Below, piece after piece: positions 1 through 13,187 of a DNA stretch of 64,000 nt. Position 1 is the first letter of the stretch, and each line of letters opens with the position of its first letter. Made by a program: the position numbers and the translations under genes. Source of the stretch: the human T2T-CHM13v2.0 reference genome, Homo sapiens. The notes beneath the pieces were generated by a model. It was not told the DNA's origin. It searched no databases and was given only the letters and a program-made list of their open reading frames with translations. The DNA lies in the NCBI RefSeq assembly GCF_009914755.1, contig NC_060929.1; one strand, given 5' to 3'.

Positions 1-1465
1 TAAACATCAATGTCAAATTTGTATAACAAATTTTTAGTGCAAAAATTAAAGCAAAGAACTTTTACAACTTTTTCAAGGTTTTAAACTTTGAAGGAATCTT
101 AGAATCATGGTGTTCTCCATCATAAAGCTGTATACCTATTTCACATTTTATAGACAGCCAAGGATGTTAAGACGCCACTTCCCTCTCTGATAGTTTCTAA
201 TTCAGTTGATCTTGACACGATTGTCTTCATAAGCTTATACAACCAGCATTTATGTTTATTTTTCTTTCTCCAGCTCTGTTTCCCATCCACTCTTGATTCA
301 CATCTCTCTCCTTCCTTTTCCCCATTCTTGCTCATTATTTTCTCTCCTTCCTAGTTTCTTCCAGTCCCAAAGATGTGTGTGGGACTGGAAGATGGAAGAT
401 GTAGATGTCATGTCCAAATGAACTAAATATTCACACACATCTAAATATTTGCATTTCAAGTTAGAATTATAAGGAATGGATTAGGAAAATACAGGTTTAG
501 AGGGTAGCCTAATGGTAGAATTACCTCATTTGCAATCTGTTGGGGGTATATGTGGGCCTTCTTTGCATATTTGAAATAATACTTCATAGAAGCAAACTAT
601 GCTGGTCACTAGAAAAAAATAAAAAGTTTTTTTGAACTGATTTGCCCACAACACCTTCAATTTCTCCTGGGCCAATACTCTACTACCCTTAGGCTATGAG
701 GGCAGGTGATAATTCTATTAATTAAAGGCAGTTTTGATCTGGAAAGTAGATCACTTAGACTTCGTAAGGGCCAGTCAAGGTCTTAAACTCTTTCTTGATG
801 GTATTGGCCATTAATTCTGCAGCTCTGTGTCAAGTGAGGGAGTTTCTCAGCTCCACCAGGCTTCCCCTGCGTCACTACTGCAGCCTGTTTCCTGCTCACC
901 TTGGCCTCTGCGGGAACCCAGTTAAGCACTTGGCAACTCTCCATCCATGTGGATGTGGATGTCTCACAACAACTTCCACCCCTCTCCTCCCCACCCACTC
1001 ACAGTGAGCAAAGGTGCAAAGATGACCTCTGATTTTCCCATAGGGACTTAGGTGCACCTAGATTGAATCTGGCATAGATCGTAATTAGTTTGCCATAAAT
1101 ACTGGACGTCTAAAATGAGAAATAAAAGAATACTTTTCTGACCATTGTTTAACAATTGCATGCATTGGAAACAATACAAAACAACCATGTCCCTCGATCT
1201 AGTTCTTTGCACAATTGCTGACAGTTAGAAATCATTTAACAAAAATCTCTTGAATTAATGAATCTCTAAAACTGAAGCTATGGGGTTTGAAAGGTATGGA
1301 GTAATAGGAGAGACAGAGAAAAGGGAATAATAGAATACTGGATTACCAAAAATAGCAAGAAATATTTAATAAGTAAATAAAATATACTTTATTTTTTTCA
1401 TAGTAGATCTTTTCCTGTGAAGGCCCCCAAAGATTTGAGGATTAATCTGCCTGTATAAAAGCATT

Positions 1466-1826
1466 TGTATTAGTCCATTCTCACACTGCTATAAAGATCC
1501 TATGTGAGACTGGATAATTTACAAACAAAAGAGGTTTAATTGACTCACAGTTCCATATGACTGAGGAGACCTCAGAAAACTTACAATCATGGTGGAACGA
1601 AAACGGGAAGCAAGGTACATCTTATATGGCAGCAGGTGAGAGAGAGAGAGTGAAGAAGAAGTGCCACACTTTTAAATCATCAGATCTTGTGAGAACTCAC
1701 TTATTATCGCAAGAACAGCATGGGGGGAACTGCCCTTAAAATCCTCCCACCAGGTCCCTCCCTCAACATGTGGGTATTACAATTCAAGATGAGATTTGGG
1801 TGGGGACACAGAGCCAAACCATATCA
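1466..1826 (-). mobile_element. THE1D-like MaLR solo LTR
   Basis: TGTATTAGTCCATTCTCACACTGCTATAAAG...GCCAAACCATATCA is the reverse of the THE1 LTR; perfect 5-bp TSD GCATT (1461-65, 1827-31). Confidence 0.9.
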
Positions 1827-2299
1827 GCATTTATTGGGCAAAACTTACCTTAGTGCATGCCCAAAATTGGGCAATACAGAAACATATGACAGATTTTTCT
1901 CATAAGGAATTTATAATCTATGTGAAAAGATAATATTAACCACATGAAATAATTATATGTAAACTGCATTTCAAAATGCATAGTTCTGAATACAACAGGA
2001 AGAATAATAGAGAAATAATGATGCAAGATATCATGGGAAATAAATACTTGTAATTAAAAAGGAAATTCAGTGGACTGCCATTATACACACATTGGACTTA
2101 CACAAACTCAATTGTATACATTTGGAAAAAAATATTTTTGAAATGGAGAAATAATTTAAATAACCTGGGACATTAAGTTATCCATTCCATTCAATGAACA
2201 CATGAGGGATAGTCATTTCTTCCTGTGGTGGGTCTCATTCCCTCCTGCTTCATGGTGTGACAGCCTCTCTTTCTTTAATGTAATTTCAATGCCAAAAAC

Positions 2300-2587
2300 T
2301 TTTTTTGTGTGTGAGACAGTCTTACTCTGTCACACAGGCTGGAGTACAATGGCAAGAGCTCAGCTTACTGCAGCCTTGTCAACCTCCCAGACACAGATGA
2401 TCCCCCTGCCTCAGCCTCCTGGGACTACAGGTACATGCCACCGCACCCAGATAATTTTTCTATTTTTTGTAGAGATGGGGTTTTGCCATATTGCCCAGGC
2501 TCATCTCCAACTCCTGGGCTCAAGCTATCCACCTGCCTTGGCTTCCCAAAGTGCTGGGATTACAGGCAAGAGCCACCGTGCTCCACC
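2300..2587 (-). mobile_element. AluJ SINE
   Basis: Antisense dimeric Alu, diverged, CTCCTGGGCTCAAG J-type motif; TSD approx CAAAAACTTTT on both sides. Confidence 0.9.
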
Positions 2588-4674
2588 CAAAAACTTTTCT
2601 ATGAGTGATTTAAGGGAATTTACAAAGGCATTTTGAATATATGTAATGATTATCTTTAAATTCATATTTATACATCTTCTAGCCTCAAACTTCCTATTCA
2701 GCTTACTCTAATAGCCTAAACACATTTTCTGCTTTTAATCAACTAACTGCCCAAGTAAATAAGAAAGAAGTGAATGGTATAATTTATTGATGGTTATTTA
2801 ATTGATGGATTCCTTTATTCATTCGTATTCATGCAAAGATCAAGGTCTATCAAGGTTCTACCTCTGCAAGACATACCAGGCTTTGGATATGTGTTTGGGT
2901 TCACTTTATATTGATACTAGAATGAGAGTTTCCTATTACTGTTTAGCCTAACATGATATTTTGATATATATTTTATATAAGAATATAATAAAGGAATTTT
3001 TATTTAACATTTTTAACATTTACAAAGCACAGTTGACGTACTATTCAGAAAATCAGAGAGAGGTACATTTTTGTATCAGTAGAGTCAAGGTCTAGGATAC
3101 TGACAGAGAAAAGATAATACTATTTAGTATCCGCTTGCTGAAAGTATGACGTTACACTTAGCTGAGGTTGGGAAAGTATTTTATCCATATTCACAGTGGT
3201 GCACAATAATCCAAATGCACAGAAAAGAAAGTTTGTTTGGCAGCATGTAAAGTCAGGGATTATAAGTCATAGGAGATACTCCCCTGTCTTGCACAAGTAT
3301 TGCAGAACCTCTCATGTCCCTCCAATGGAAACTCAACAGACACTGCCGCAGGCTCATGGGGGAAAGCACACATGGAAGACCTGAGAAAGGGGCAAACCAT
3401 TTCCAATTTTGAAACTATCCATATACTCCCATGCCTCTCTTTAGAGCATCTGAAAAGAGCATTTGGTTACCTTTGATGAAGTCCAGTGCACCAGAAGGTA
3501 AGTATATGTAATGTAAAGGCTGAAATACTGTCAAGAATTTATTTTTGGTAAATAATCCTTTCACATACTATCCTAAAGTCAACACTGCTACTTTTCCTTC
3601 TTCAGTTAAGGAATCCTGAAACTCAGCTGACTCCTTTAGGATGGACAGAAATAGAGCTGAAGCATATTTGCCTATATGGGTAAACATTTGCTCAGAATTT
3701 AGTGAGAGAAGTTAAAAAAAAAATCTATGAAGAAGTTAGTGATGTATTAGGATTCTGCCTTGAGATATTCTGTAAAACCTTACTTTTAGGTACTCTACTG
3801 AAAATAGTATCATTTTTCTCATGACTAAAAAGGGAAGCAAAACATTTTCTTGCAGATTTTATATTAAGGACAAAAATGGCAGTTCAAATTTTCAAAGAAA
3901 AAGTTCAACAATAGGAGAAAAATGAAATTCAAATTTGTTTATAATAAAATTTACTATAATTTCACAACGCTTGGTTCTATCCTGTGCACAAGAGGAGGTA
4001 TATAATTGCTAGAGTTGTGACTATTTAGATTAAATCCTCTGCAAATAAAAAATACAAGCTTTAGAAAATTAACTTTAATTACTTTTACATAAAGTCATAA
4101 AAGCCAAACTGTGTACTATGCATAAGACTATATGTTCTTATAGCAAAGTAACCTCAATTCTGGGGGAAAGAAGTGATAGGAAAATCTTTCTTTCAAAGAG
4201 AAAATGTATCAAATATTAAATCTGTACCCACACTAAAAAATTGTGGAATATTTTTAGAATGAAAGGAATATTTATTAATATTCATGAGTTTTGAAAATAC
4301 ACAAACACTAGGTAAACAATAATTTACAGATTCTTCTTTTAGAGACAGTCATATTTGAAATTTTGAGGAAAAAATAGCTTAAGGAAATGCATGTTATTGT
4401 ACAAATCAACCACTAAACATATATGGAAGAAATGCTGCCAGAAAATGAAGAACCTAAAATAAAACCCCCCAAAATGCACAGGAATCACTGTTCTGCATGG
4501 GGAGACTCAATATTTTAAATAATTTGAGTAACAAAATATATATGCATAAACAAGGTGTTTTATAACCAAATTCCAACATTCCCAAATGTCCTGTATTGGT
4601 AACAAAGACGACAGAAAAATAAAATTGTTAATAATAGGAGAAATATCTTTACCAAACATATGTATATTTCTAAT

Positions 4675-4810
4675 ATTTTAACTTTTAGATTGATGGGTAC
4701 ATGTGCAGGTTTGTTTTATAGGTAGACTTGTGACTCAAGAATTTGGTGTACAGGTTATTTCATCACCCATCTACTAAGTATATTACCCAATAGTGTGTTT
4801 TTAAACCTAT
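4675..4810 (-). mobile_element. Short L1PA15/16-like 3' UTR fragment
   Basis: GGTACATGTGCAGGTTTGTT...CATCACCCA...TACCCAATAG matches an antisense L1P 3' terminus. Confidence 0.7.
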
Positions 4811-5037
4811 TCCTGTTCATTTTAAAGCCCAAATAAAACAAGAAACAAAATTGATAATAAGAAGAGCTGGCCTTAATGAGCTTTTATTTAGAAAAATTTG
4901 CATGCCTATTAATTCAGGATGACATACATAATCATGTTGCATAAATCTTTCAAAAGGATTTCATTATATACTCCATCTTCATAGTTTTATTAGCTTTCCA
5001 AGATTTACCATGGTTGTAGAAATTTTTTAGTAGACTT

Positions 5038-5405
<368 letters not shown>

Positions 5406-5639
5406 TTATAAAAAGATGGTGGTGGAGGAGTTAAGAAGGTTGAAAAATTGGGTATCGTTCCTTTCTTCTTAAACAAGATCAGCATTTTGAAATTAAGGCA
5501 AAAAGAAATATGAGCCTGATTTTTGGCAACCGGACAGCATTTATAATCTACTTCAGCAGATTTCTGCTAAGAACATCTGCTCTAAGCTAGTGTTAGACTA
5601 AGATTGATTGTCACCCCTTTAAAAGGAATTCCTGTTTCC

Positions 5640-5642
<3 letters not shown>

Positions 5643-5678
<36 letters not shown>
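5643..5678. repeat. (CA)18 microsatellite
   Basis: Perfect AC dinucleotide run. Confidence 0.98.
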
Positions 5679-5680
<2 letters not shown>

Positions 5681-6241
5681 TATCTGGCAATCTTGAGAGA
5701 AGACAGAGAAATCTGAGAAACTAAAGAGTGAAGTCTGAATCCACCCTTGTCACTCACCATCTTCCTCAGCAGAAAGGAAATATATTTTAGGTTTCATTGA
5801 AATTATAAACAATACTATGTCTGCAGCTGTGCTTGAAAGTCTGATGTCAATACTACTAAATACATGTTTTCATTTTGAGCAAAACTTATCAAATACATAC
5901 AGAACCAGATTATAAGATCCTATTGAAAACAGCCCACACAAAATATCTCTATTCCCTTTGTCACTATGTCACATGTGTTTATCCTTGGTTATGGCCGACA
6001 TAGTTATCTATCAGTAATTAACTGTCCCCATGAGCTTAGAAAAATGAGATTTCAGAAGCCCGAACTTGAATCTGGACACAATTTCACATTTTGTAATTGA
6101 TCTTTGGCATCACATGTCACTGTATTTCAACTACTAAATGAAGTGAGAAAAGAGCTCTTAAAGTTTTTTGAGCTCCATATTCCGCTAAGAAAAAACATTA
6201 GAAACACCAACAGGAAAAATATGAACACTCATGATGTCAGA

Positions 6242-6666
6242 TGTCCTAGTCTGTTTGTGTAGCTATAAATAAATACCTGAGGCTGGGTAATTTATAAAAA
6301 GAAAAGGTTTATTTGGCTCACAATTCTACAGGCTGTACAAGAAGCATAGCACCAGCATCTGCTTCTGGTGAGGGTTTCAGGCTGTTTCTAGTCATGGACG
6401 AAGGCTAAGGGAGCTGGTATGTGCAGAGAGCACATGGCAAGACAGCAAGCAAGAGAGAGAGAGGAGAGAGGTGCCAGACTCTTCTTAACAACCAGCTTTG
6501 CCCAGAACTAATAGAGTGAGAACTCACTCATTACCATGAAGACTGCACCAAGCCATTCATGAGGGAACTGCCCCAATGACCAAAACTCCTCTTTGAGCCC
6601 CCACCTCCAATACTGGCAATCAAATTTTAACTTGCAGTTTTGGGGACAAATACCCAAACTATAGCA
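6242..6666 (-). mobile_element. MSTB-like MaLR solo LTR
   Basis: TGTCCTAGTCTGTTTG...ATACCTGAGGCTGGGTAATTTATA...CAGCATCTGCTTCTGGTGAGG...AAACTATAGCA. Confidence 0.85.
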
Positions 6667-7878
6667 CTAGGTATTTGTATAGTTTTTATTGCTATTGAAA
6701 TTGAATTCCTTTTTTTCCTAAATGGATGCATTTATTATTTCTGCAAGATATATAAGGAAAGCTATTGTCTTCATTTAGGGGTGAATCAGCCCATTCATGG
6801 GTTGTATCAAGGCTAAACAGTGATTCATCAAAAGTAAGAAGGTACATTTTGTGATTCCTTTGTTCAGTGTCTCAACTCCCCAATATATCATGTTAGCTAC
6901 CCTAGTGACAACATGCTATGTTACAAGGTAAACTGTTCTGAAAATCAGTTTAACAATATATCAAGAATCTTTTAATTTGCTGCAGTGATTTCATGTCCAG
7001 AAAACATTTAAAAAGGCAGACAAAAGTATCTATCATAGTATTAGTTCAGAATCACTACCTAGAAATAGGAGAATGACCAAATTTTAAATAGCCATACTCT
7101 GAAATTGATTGCAACCTTTAAAGTCATGTTTTAATAAAATAATGAAATGAAGAAATGCCAAAAAAGTATGTTGAGTGATAAAAGATTCAGAGATATGTAT
7201 ATGTAATCCTAATAGTATAAAAGGAAATATGCGTACACACACAGAGATATATTATCCTAATAGTATGAAAGGGTATGTTTTTGTCTAACATGTTATTAGA
7301 AGGAAAATAAGCACAAACAATGATTATTTTTAAGTGGCAAAATTGAAATATTTTATATTATTCTTTAAACGTTCCTGCTTCTTCCAAAATTTTTCGCAAT
7401 CAGTTTATAAATATTTATATATAAAGGTTTTGTTTCAATTTAAAATAAACTCCGCTGAGCTCATGTAAAACCCTGTGCCTCATAAAAGTACTGAAAAATA
7501 TTAGAAGTCCTCAGTAAACTAATTATAATATTATTTCTATTCTATTGAAAGAAGTCTGGCAAAATTGATACTTTTCCATAAGACAATAATTCTACATTAA
7601 TAAAAAAGTCTAAGGTACAGAAAACAAGAAATCTGCCAGTCTCTGGAATTTCAGAAGCAGTTATAAATATTATTTGTGGGTCTGAGCAATTCTTATTTTC
7701 AGTTGGTACTGTAAACTTACTTCAAAATATGTGTTAAAGGCAGTTTGGTAGCCAATTGAAACTTTCTTCCAAATATAATAAGAACAGTGTCAAAAAGAGA
7801 AAACTATAAAAGAGAACACAGAACTTGATTTGAATAATTTTGTTTTAAAATTCAATGTTCGGAGTTCATTATTTACAG

Positions 7879-8287
7879 TGTTAAAGTGAACTAAATATGG
7901 CCTGAAAAGGACTCTGTACTTCTATATTTGAGTCCTATGGAAGAACCATACCTAACTTAATAAGCAGACAAGATTGAAAACTTAACTTAGGAGTATGTGC
8001 CTGTAAAAGTAGCTGAGTCTTGGCCAATTTCAGCAGCCATACTTCAACCACTCATACACTGCTAAGTATTCAAACTGTGTTCAAATAAGGCAAATGCCAA
8101 CCTGTAACCAATCTAGTTGTTTCTGTACATCACTTCCCTTTTTCGTCTATAAATTTTCCTCCACCACATGGCTGTGCTGGAGTCTTTCTGAATTTGCTGT
8201 GATTCTGGGGGCTGCCTAATTCACGAATTGTTCATTGCTCAATTAAACTTCTTTAAATTTAATTCGACTCAAGTTTTTCTTTTAACA
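7879..8287 (+). mobile_element. MER57-family ERV1 solo LTR
   Basis: TGTTAAAG..AACTAAATATGGCCTGA...TTTTAACA with TG/CA ends and 4-bp TSD ACAG; internal CCAAT boxes, TATAAA and ATTAAA. Confidence 0.85.
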
Positions 8288-9839
8288 ACAGGTATTTGCA
8301 TAATGTATGACTCTAAGGGTCACCCGTGTTAAAACAAAATAATAAAAGATATGTCATTATTCCCAAGTATACATAACAGAATTCATCAAGGTGATTGTGT
8401 TGGAATATTTAAATATATTTTGAATACAAATAAAATTAAAAATTTCACCCTCAAGCTAGTAATATGCAAAATAACCTTAAAACATAATTTTCTTTAGAGA
8501 ATTAAAATGACTCATTATACCCTTATGTGTATTATTACTTTACTTAACTAATTCTTTTAGGCAAAATATAAAAAGTTCAAAATTAGGGGAATTATAATAT
8601 TTTGCTGTATTATACCTATAACCACTCTCTCAGAAAAGGTGGCTGTAATTTCAAAATCAATCCATGCCGTTTAATATAATTTTTAAAAGCTTAGCAGGAA
8701 AACTTTCAAGTTTTTAGAATATCGAATAAAATGTTTATTAAGTTAGATGGCTTCTGGGTTTTTTTAAGTTTTAGGGAACAAATATTGTTTGGCTTTTTCT
8801 CAAGTAATTCTATGAGATTGTGAGAACCACAGGTGTTGTCAACAAATGCAAATCACTTATGTAGCTATGCACATGGCCCAATGAGCGTGTTTTCCAAAGG
8901 CTTCTGAAAAATGACAGAATGGAGAAGCATATAGGTAATATTGTAAGAATAATCTAAATTAAAGTCACTCAAAATATTTTTCCAAAAATAAGAACATTAT
9001 TAGGCAAGATAAATGAATGGGCAGAGAGCCAATTGGCTTCTATACAATTCCATCCTGTTTTTCATGTTTCCTTGAAAAATATCAGGATATTTTAAATTAA
9101 TAGCTTATATTATTTGTTTTTAACTGGGGGTAATTCAGTTTCAAAGTGGAAGAAAAATAAATGCAAGTTAGGTGGAATTACTGAAAAATATTTTGAGGCA
9201 CCCAATGTCAACATTGGAGCGAGTCATTTAACCTGAGTCCGATTCCACTTACACAAAATAAGATAGGGCAGGGGCTGAACAAATGCTTTCTAAGGCCCTT
9301 TCAAGTTTGCAGAAAAAAAAGGAAAAAGAAAAATGAATTCATATAATGAAAATAATTTTGCAAATAACTATTTGAATGTGTTTTTGCATTCTCAATCAGT
9401 TATTTAAAAACTGGATGTTTGATCAATACCAAATGTTTATTGTTAAGAGGAGTTAATGTTTTGTCATTAGGAGTTAAGGTAGAAATTAATACCATGTCAT
9501 TGAAATTAATTTTCAACTTTTTTGTCACAACTAGTTGACTTCCTAATCTCAACTAGTCAACTTATCTGAGATAGTCCATGTGCTTACTGCTTTATTCCAT
9601 TTAAATAATTATCATAGAAAGTTTAAAATATAATCTTTATAGCGTACACCAAAAGTAATAAAGCAGTGAAACAGAAGGTCATATTATAAAGACTTCCTGG
9701 TTTCTGTGGTCCCGATAGAACTCTCTCTCTCCATACTGAAAAAGAATTCCAGATGGCTTCATGATGGCAAAGAAGCCAGTGAGAACTCACCCATTATTTC
9801 ATTGTATAACTGATGGAGCTGAAGATTATAAACAAATGT

Positions 9840-11150
9840 TGCATTACAGTATCTGAAAGGGCCTTAGTTGTGAAGAACAGAAATCAGTTCTAAAAATGTC
9901 ATTTATGAAAGAATTTTCAGTTGCATAAGAATTTCCTAGAAGGCCAGAGAACCAGGTAGGAAGTACATATTCAGAAATCATGTTCAACACACATTACACA
10001 GTTGCCCCATGTAGACTCCCATCTTGTTCCCCCAACACCATTTACCTTGATCATTGGGCACCCTCCCTATTTCCCTTACACTATTGATAGCAACAGGAGG
10101 CAGACAAACTCTAAGCAGACAGGGGCAGGTCCCTGGAAAACCCCACCTTCGAGCCAAAAAGCCTGAAACCTGCAGCTCAAAGTGAGAACTTCCATCCCTG
10201 TGTGCCCACGCTCTCCTACTTGGTTCTTTCTGAATAATGTCTTTTTACCAATTGAATGTTGCCTTTTCTAAAACTACCTACGGCCTGCCCCACCCCCATC
10301 CTATCCCTGTAAAGACCGCAGACTCAGTCGGCAGATGAGAGAAGTGGCTGGATGTCAGGAAGAAGCGCCTGGACATCGGAGAGAGGCCAGCTTGACTACA
10401 TGGGAGAGTGACCTTCCCTTCCCGTCCCTTTTCCAGCTTCCCTCTCTGCTGAGAGCCACTTTCATCACTTAATAAAATTCTCCACATTCACCATTCTTCA
10501 ATTTGTCTGCTTAACGTCATTCCTCTTGGGCACCAGGCAGGAATGCATCAGGTGCGGGTACCCAAAAAGGCTGTCACTGGCCCTCTGCCTTTGCTGGTGG
10601 AAGGCAGCCACCTCACACAATGAGATAAAGGGCCCACGGAGCTGTTAACACACTTCTGTCTGTGAAAAGCAGAGCTAAGAGAGCATTGTAACACACCCTC
10701 TAGGGCCTTGGGGTCACAGGCACCCCCACATGGACACTGCCGCAGGGCCCGCAAGGAATTCGCTTCTGCCAGCACCAAAGTGGCCGGTTCCTGCACTTGC
10801 TCACTCCGGTTCCTGCATTCAATCACTGGCATGCTCCTTCCTGCAAGGGGTTGAGTGGGGTGGACTGAATAAACAAGGCACCCCTGTCATGACTCCTGTG
10901 AAGGGGTCAAGAAAATATCCTGCATCACTATCATCTCTGAAACCTGGAGGTATCTGCCACCTGTACACCAGACTACATTCCATATGATTTCTTCTTCCTA
11001 ATGCCACTCACTTCCTATTCAAAGATTGGCCTGGATTTGTTTGCTTTGGAGAGTCTAGATCACTTGCCTACTCCCTAGTCTCAAGAAAGTGGGGATATCG
11101 TTTTCATGGCTTCTGTAGTGAAGGACAAGGATTCACAAAACGGAGAGTTT
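9840..11150 (-). mobile_element. Old MLT1-type MaLR LTR remnant split by the ERV1 LTR at 10085-10927
   Basis: Degenerate MLT1-like motifs on both sides of the nested LTR (TTAGTTGTGAAGAACAGAAATC; CTAGATCACTTGCCTACTCC); boundaries approximate. Confidence 0.4.
10085..10927 (+). mobile_element. ERV1 solo LTR (MER50/LTR27/LTR28 group)
   Basis: TGATAGC..CAGGAGGCAGACAAA...AAAATATCCTGCATCA, TG/CA ends, perfect 4-bp TSD CTAT, internal AATAAA. Confidence 0.85.
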
Positions 11151-11189
11151 CCAGACACTTTAAAAAGCAAGCAGGAATTCTGTTTTCAG

Positions 11190-13156
11190 TATCATGAATG
11201 ACTAGGCACCCTGAGGGACTCTCCTTTTGCAGCAACCAAGTCCTGGGTAGGACATACTCTTTGAGATAGTTGCTGTCTCACAATATATAAGAGGTCTTCA
11301 GGAAACCCTTGCCTCCCCAGAACAAAGAAACTAGTCAGAGTTGGACCTGGAGTTGGACTGGCTCCTGGGTGCCAGGAACCAGTATTTTGGAGGCAATGAG
11401 CTTGAGGTGGAGTATCCTCTATCTGAGCCAAGGAGAGGAGGCTCAGAGTTAAAGTCCAGAAGCAGGAGGCAGAGGCCAGAGCAATGGAGAGTTGGAACAG
11501 CTGGGAGCCAAGGCACTTGGGGAGGATTGCCCTGAGATGGATCACTATAGCAACACTGCTGTGGGCACAATGAACCTTGGAACAGCTAGGTGTTAGAGAA
11601 TTATAACATGGCACACCTGCTCTCAACCAGAATTCATAAGGGTTGTACCCATACACTGCCTGCAAAAGTAGAAAGCAACCCCTTAAGTATCCTTAAGGAC
11701 TACCACAAAATGAGATCAACAAATTGACAAAGATTATGGGAAATACTAGAAGGAAAGCCACTATGAATGAAAGACAGCATAAAAAAAAAAACAGATAGGT
11801 TCAGCATGCAAGGACTGCAGATATTGGAATTGTTAGACATACTATAGAAGGACTATATAGGATATATCAGAGGAAGTAAATGATACAGTTAGAAAAATGA
11901 ATGACTCATAGGAAACTTTCAAAATGGATAGACAAAAAGACACTCATATGGAGTTTCTAGAAATGAAAATATAATTGTTGAAATTTCAAAAGAGGAACAG
12001 GCAAATGAATAAAAAATCAACATTTGAAGAAAGTTAATAAATTGAAATATACAGCTGAAATATTTATTCAGAACGAATGCTGCAAGGTAGATGGAAAACA
12101 TGAAAGCGAGACTGCAATTCATATGGGATCAGTGAGAAGGTATAAGCTACATCTAATCTAATCCCAATAGAACAAAATAGACATAATGGAAAGAGGCAAT
12201 TTAAAAAAACAAAAACAACAATGGATCTAGTTCTCTAGGTCTGGTCAAAAACATAAACCAATGAAACTCAACACATTGAAACAGGATAAATAAAAAGAAA
12301 TTTTCATTTTCTACTGAAACTGCAGAATACCACAGACCAAGAGAACTTCTAGGAAGCAGAGAGAGGGCAGAACACAAAGGGAGAGAGTAAATGCAGAATT
12401 CATAAGAGCAAAGACAGAAGGCAGAAGACAGTGGAATAATTATCAGGAAAGCCAAAACTTATTCTCAATCTAGAACGGTGTACCCAGAAAACCATCATTC
12501 AAGAACGAAGGCAAATTTTGATGCTTACAGATAATCCAAAAGGAAGGCAGATTACCATCAGGAGACTTGCTGCAACAGAACTTAGGAAGTACTTTAAGAA
12601 AAAAATAAAATGGTCTAAGAAGGATGGTATGTAATAAAAGAAGGAAAGGTGAGTAAATAAACTAACATTTATGGGAAATAATACTAATACTGATTATGTG
12701 GTTAAAAAGGGGCAGAACTGAAATATTGGGCAACAGTGGGATGTACATGGGAAGATGGCAAATTGGAGCTAAAGTATTATAAAAGTCTTACATTTTTCAG
12801 GGAGAAGGTGTCAAAATATTGTTCAATTTCTTACCTTGTTATGTTAAATAAGTATGGTGAAATGCAACGGCAATGACTGAAAGAATAGGAATATATTCCT
12901 AGAGTAGGTATATAAATTCTAGATCACTTGAGGAAAAGAACTAGCATAAGAGCAAAAAACTTAATTTAAAAAAAAAAAAGGCAAGAAAGGAAAAAAAACC
13001 CCTAGGAAAAACAATACAAATAAAATTTAAAAGTAAGACGGTAATAAAAATTCCAGATTTCCCAATAATCATAATAAATTTGGTTATCTATAAATATCAC
13101 AATCGCAATAAATATAGTATACATAAGCCACCAATTATATAGGCATATTATATAGG

Positions 13157-13187
<31 letters not shown>

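Noticed and set aside
2202-2636. Alu-overlapping ORFs (also 5054-5378, 33218-33703, 35133-35324, 37413-37729, 47701-48003)
   Set aside because: Typical Alu translation artefacts.
11192-11665. 157-aa minus-strand ORF
   Set aside because: Non-ATG start, lies in the probable 5' region of the old L1M, no recognisable homology.
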